A model generated the notes under the pieces. The model worked only from the letters and a program-made list of their open reading frames with translations. It had not been told where the DNA came from and made no database searches. DNA of 64,000 bases from Antedon mediterranea (lineage: Eukaryota; Animalia; Echinodermata). The DNA is taken from contig NC_092679.1 in assembly GCF_964355755.1 (NCBI RefSeq), forward strand, positions 20,009,432 through 20,073,431, written 5' to 3'. Within the stretch, counting starts at the first letter, position 1. Each line of letters begins with the position of its first letter. This document shows, piece by piece, positions 60,093-64,000 of the stretch. The translations under genes were made by a program, and so were the position numbers.

Positions 60093-60599
60093 AGGAAGGT
60101 TTCGCAACCTTACGAATACGATAACGAAAACGGATACGTCATACATTTGTAAAACTTTTGAGCTGATCCCCATTTCATATTCGTAAAGCGTATTCGTGTT
60201 GACGAATATCACCAGTCATATTCGTAACTACAAAACGAGTATAGTTTTTGATCTATTTGCACATTTTGCATTTGAATCAGGAATGATTCAAGATTATAAT
60301 ATAATTATAGATTTATTGAAAGTAATTTACTAAAGTAATTTACTAAAATGCCAAGTCAATTTTGATAAATAGCAGTTTTTAAAGTCCTCACTCGCTTTGA
60401 TGTTACGCTAGGCCTAGGCAGCCAAGCACCAAGCAACAAGTACCTGCGCTTCGCTCAAATTTACCGCCGTCATATTTTGGACGCGCCTCAATATTTCGTT
60501 GCCATGCGAAACAGATTTTTTTATGGCTTACGAAAACGAATACGTGTGCGTGACGTATCCGTTTTCGTTATCGTATTCGTAAGATTGCGAAACCTCTCT
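60093..60599. mobile_element. MITE with ~50-bp TIRs (PIF/Harbinger-like by its 3-bp TSD)
   Basis: AGGAAGGTTTCGCAACCTTACGAATACGATAACGAAAACGGATACGTCA is mirrored at the right end. ATT on both flanks. Confidence 0.85.
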
Positions 60600-61777
60600 A
60601 TTGATGAAACATATCTACATTTACAAAGACCTCCTGTTCCAACAAATACAGTGTATTAGTCTATAAATTCTGCTAAGCAATGTATGTACAGTATCATTTT
60701 AAATTTATAAAACTAATTATATTTGTTAACAAACTTTACTGATAAAAGTCATATTAAAAAAGGATTTATTTGTATTTAATTTAGTTTCCAGGTAAAATTA
60801 GAAAGCAATTTAACAAGACTAGACTTTTAATCAAATAAAAACTATAAAGTTATTGTAATAATTGATGTACAAAATTGTATAAAGAATGCAATTACTGAAG
60901 TGAATGGAAAAGTGCCAAAATCTAAAATCACAATAACGTTACACATCAGTGATTAGTGACATAATAAAATAATGCCATTGAGGTGGAAAAAAGTGTGCGC
61001 ATTCGTGTAGAGCACAGTTGAATGGAGCATCACTTAAGTTTCAAGTCTCGGATAGTGTCAACAACTGATACGTGCAATTACATAGGCTTACCAATCAACC
61101 GTGAAACCGATGGAATAATCGCACCTAAAATCCAAGCTTAATTATAAAACGTGTTAATAAAGAGATGATAGTACAAAATGCCTTGAGAAAAAAACGAGAC
61201 AAAAGGCTGATATGAAATGTTATATCTCTTGTAAAGGTTAAACGTTCATATCCTTAAACATCTATAGATGTAATGACATAATCCAAATGGAAGTTTAACC
61301 AGTTCAGGAAACAAAAAGATTAGTCTAATTGAAAGAAAAAAGTATATATTAGTAGATAGCAGATGGAATTAAATCTGGGACTTTGAATAGGGATTATAAT
61401 AAACAGATTTAGAGATACACTCATTTCTGGAGGAAAAAAAGTACTTGTTTAAATAAATGAAAGACCAATATTAAAAGTAGATTTGATCTGATCTATGGAT
61501 ACTGTATGTGCTACAGACTGAGAACACAGATTGAGAGGTTTTTTCCTTAAAAAATGGTGGTAATTATTGATAAATATGTATGCAATACTTAAAAATACTC
61601 TTCTTGATACAGATAGCCTTGGGTGTCTGAGCAGCTGTGCAAATGATGAGCTGCCCCATACCAACCAAACTTTTTCCACATTAGAAATAAAATTTCAGGT
61701 TTTGAAATGAACTTATAATAGAGATATACACTCATCAGACTGCATGAAATTTTGTTCAGAGAGAACTCAAATAGTAA

Positions 61778-61917
61778 AGCTTGGTTTCCACTTGGACGCA
61801 ATGCAATGATGTAGGCACAACGTAAAAAAAAAGTGGAAGTCGGATGTTTCATCATGTCATGATTAGTCAAATTTCATGTGTTGTGCTTGTGTCCTGTGTC
61901 CTAGTAGAAACCAAGCT
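61778..61917. mobile_element. Harbinger-type MITE (AGCTTGGTTTCCACT TIR)
   Basis: AGCTTGGTTTCCACTTGGAC...GTCCTAGTAGAAACCAAGCT with TAA/TTA flanks. Confidence 0.75.
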
Positions 61918-62517
61918 TTAATTTTACAATGTATCTTGTTCTTCCAAATGGATAGATGTTTGCCTCAAACAGTACCTCTGGATCTGCTATTCCTAAATGT
62001 TGATTTTTCAAATGCAATCTTGTCAATGCAAATATTTGTCAATTAATTATTTAATCTTATGTACCAATGTTTTATGGAAAACAACTGTCTTCCGTTCCTG
62101 ACATGTTTTTTTTCAAATATATAATTCATCAACGAAACGGAAGATGTACGGAAGATGATGATTATGAACAATTCCAAAAACTTCACAAACAAATGATTCA
62201 TGTACATGTAATAAACGTTTTTACATTCCTCTGTCACTGCAATACAAATGGCAATAGTACATATAACATAGTACTTTTTAGTAGGCCTTGATGACTGGTA
62301 CCATGTTACTGGAGAGCCTTGGCATTTGGTTTGGGAAGCTATTAATTAGGCATGATTCATGCTCTGCTTCGAGTATCCAACTGGCAGGTGGGGGCTTACC
62401 AGACAACTGATAACCAAACTCACAGGGAAGGGAAAACAGGAAGACCTTCAGATCCTTTCATATTAGAAAACCTTGGAAAGTGAAAGGGCTATATAGGTAT
62501 TATTAGGATTGAAGTAT

Positions 62518-62720
62518 ATTTACCTCCACCAAGGAGGTTATGTAGTCGATCGCGTGTGTTTTTGTTTCATTGCTTATCTGTTTATTACCAGGATTACTCA
62601 AAAAGTTATTGCCAGATCTTTACCAAATTGAAACCTCAGATAGATATATGGTCAAGGACCACCTCATCAAATTTTGGAGGCAATCCGGACCAGCATACTA
62701 ATTCTGGACCATTTTCTAAA
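62518..62720 (+). mobile_element. Helentron-like dispersed repeat fragment
   Basis: Hairpin head ACCTCC-ACCAA-GGAGGT, CAGGATTACTCAAAAAGTTAT, AATTTTGGAGGCAATCCGGA. Confidence 0.6.
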
Positions 62721-63847
62721 ACATTTTCAGACCTGCTAGTGTTAAATAGGAAAACATTTTTTCAAAAGCTGGTGATCTGGTACTTAGCATAATGTAACAA
62801 GTAAACTGAAATTGTATTTTCTCAAGAAAAACTTCATATTTGTACAAGAGGCAAGAGTTATAATTTCTGATTTGTAATTTTAGAACATAATTTGATTTAA
62901 TGTAGTTGTAAAAACCTCAATTTCTATCAAATTCACCCACTTGTTTCTGGTATTTTTACAGGCTCGTCCATTATACTATAGGGAACAGACCACACCCATA
63001 CAGATATTATATCTTTATGAATATACTAACATTCAGGGGACTCCAACCCATGTTCATCTGGCAACAAATGACAGTGTTTGCAAATCACCAATATAACAGC
63101 TCTTTGTGTAATTTCCAGATGTCTACCAGTTTTTTAAAAGTTCTACTCTGACGTGGGCTTTTTGCAATCAGGATTACGCCCACAATCAGGTAATTTCTTG
63201 CATCATTGAAATAATTGTTACAAACATTTTATATAAACTTATAAATTTAGCAAATTGTTTAGGATTCTGTGATAAAATGATTTACAAAAAATCACAAAAT
63301 CAATTATGCGAAAAAAAATATTGAAAAGTAACAAACAAAACGATTGTGTTCTGTATTGGGGTTCGTGCGACAACTTGAACTGCTCGTACGTCATACAATT
63401 TATTTTGATTCACAGGGAACAATGATTTATTAAATAACAGGATATAAAATTGTGTCTAATAAAAGTTTACGATTATCCTTTTTATTTAGAATCATTACTG
63501 TATCTAATAACTGGGTGTTAGAAATTTTACTTACCATACTATGCTTTTATTTTTTTCTAAAGAATATTGGTATTTTAGTAAGTAAGGTATAAGCTTAGAT
63601 GCATTGCTAATTGCTATAATATGAGATAAATACTTAAAATTATTTATAGATGTTGCTATTAAAAGGTGAGGGACTGTCTAAGCAGACTAAATCATAATAA
63701 TAGACAGTAAATTATATATAATGCGGAAAAATTATAAAAACACATAATATATCTAACAAATGTAAATAATATAATATGAAATCGTAAAGAAAAGCATGAA
63801 AAAAGGTAGGATGCCAAAGGACAAACCAATGTTGAAAACCTATGTCA

Positions 63848-63968
63848 AGTAGAACCCCTCCTTTGGGACATTCTTATTTAGGGGACACCCAAATTAAAAG
63901 GACACTTTTTGGGGTTCTAAAGGGTGTCTCCTTAATAGGGGTTGTAGTATTAGTAGGAAACTCTACTG
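63848..63968. mobile_element. pogo/Tigger-like MITE (GGGACAC family)
   Basis: AGTAGAACCCC...GGGACAC repeats...CTCTACTG-TA. Related fragments near 1075-1235, 10815-11010, 20176-20255, 29740-29890, 37295-37410, 42280-42430 and 49780-49920. Confidence 0.6.
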
Positions 63969-64000
63969 TAACGCTTGAATTAGAGTCACTAGATTGAGGT

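Overview
AT-rich metazoan genomic DNA, probably a marine invertebrate (inference). I could not support any host protein-coding exon, so this looks like intergenic sequence or a very large intron dominated by mobile DNA. The only real long CDS is the single gag-pol ORF (21494-25366, minus) of a very young Ty3/Gypsy (Mag-like) LTR retrotransposon. It has identical 175-bp LTRs, a GTATC target-site duplication (TSD), a tRNA-Ser PBS, a PPT and an apparent in-frame capsid deletion. The window also holds about 18 copies of one ~160-bp PIF/Harbinger-type MITE, two inverted ~627-bp Kolobok-like elements, two larger Harbinger-like elements (one with a nested MULE-like insert), a tRNA/CORE/L2-tail SINE, LINE ends, Helentron-like pieces and many minisatellites. 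The most interesting signals are three minimal hammerhead ribozyme motifs: one in a truncated Penelope-like element, and two heading a ~160-nt unit with fixed ends and its own TSDs. Also notable are 28-34-bp P-like micro-elements with 7-bp TSDs and Tc1/mariner-type excision footprints. All alignments and counts were done by eye.
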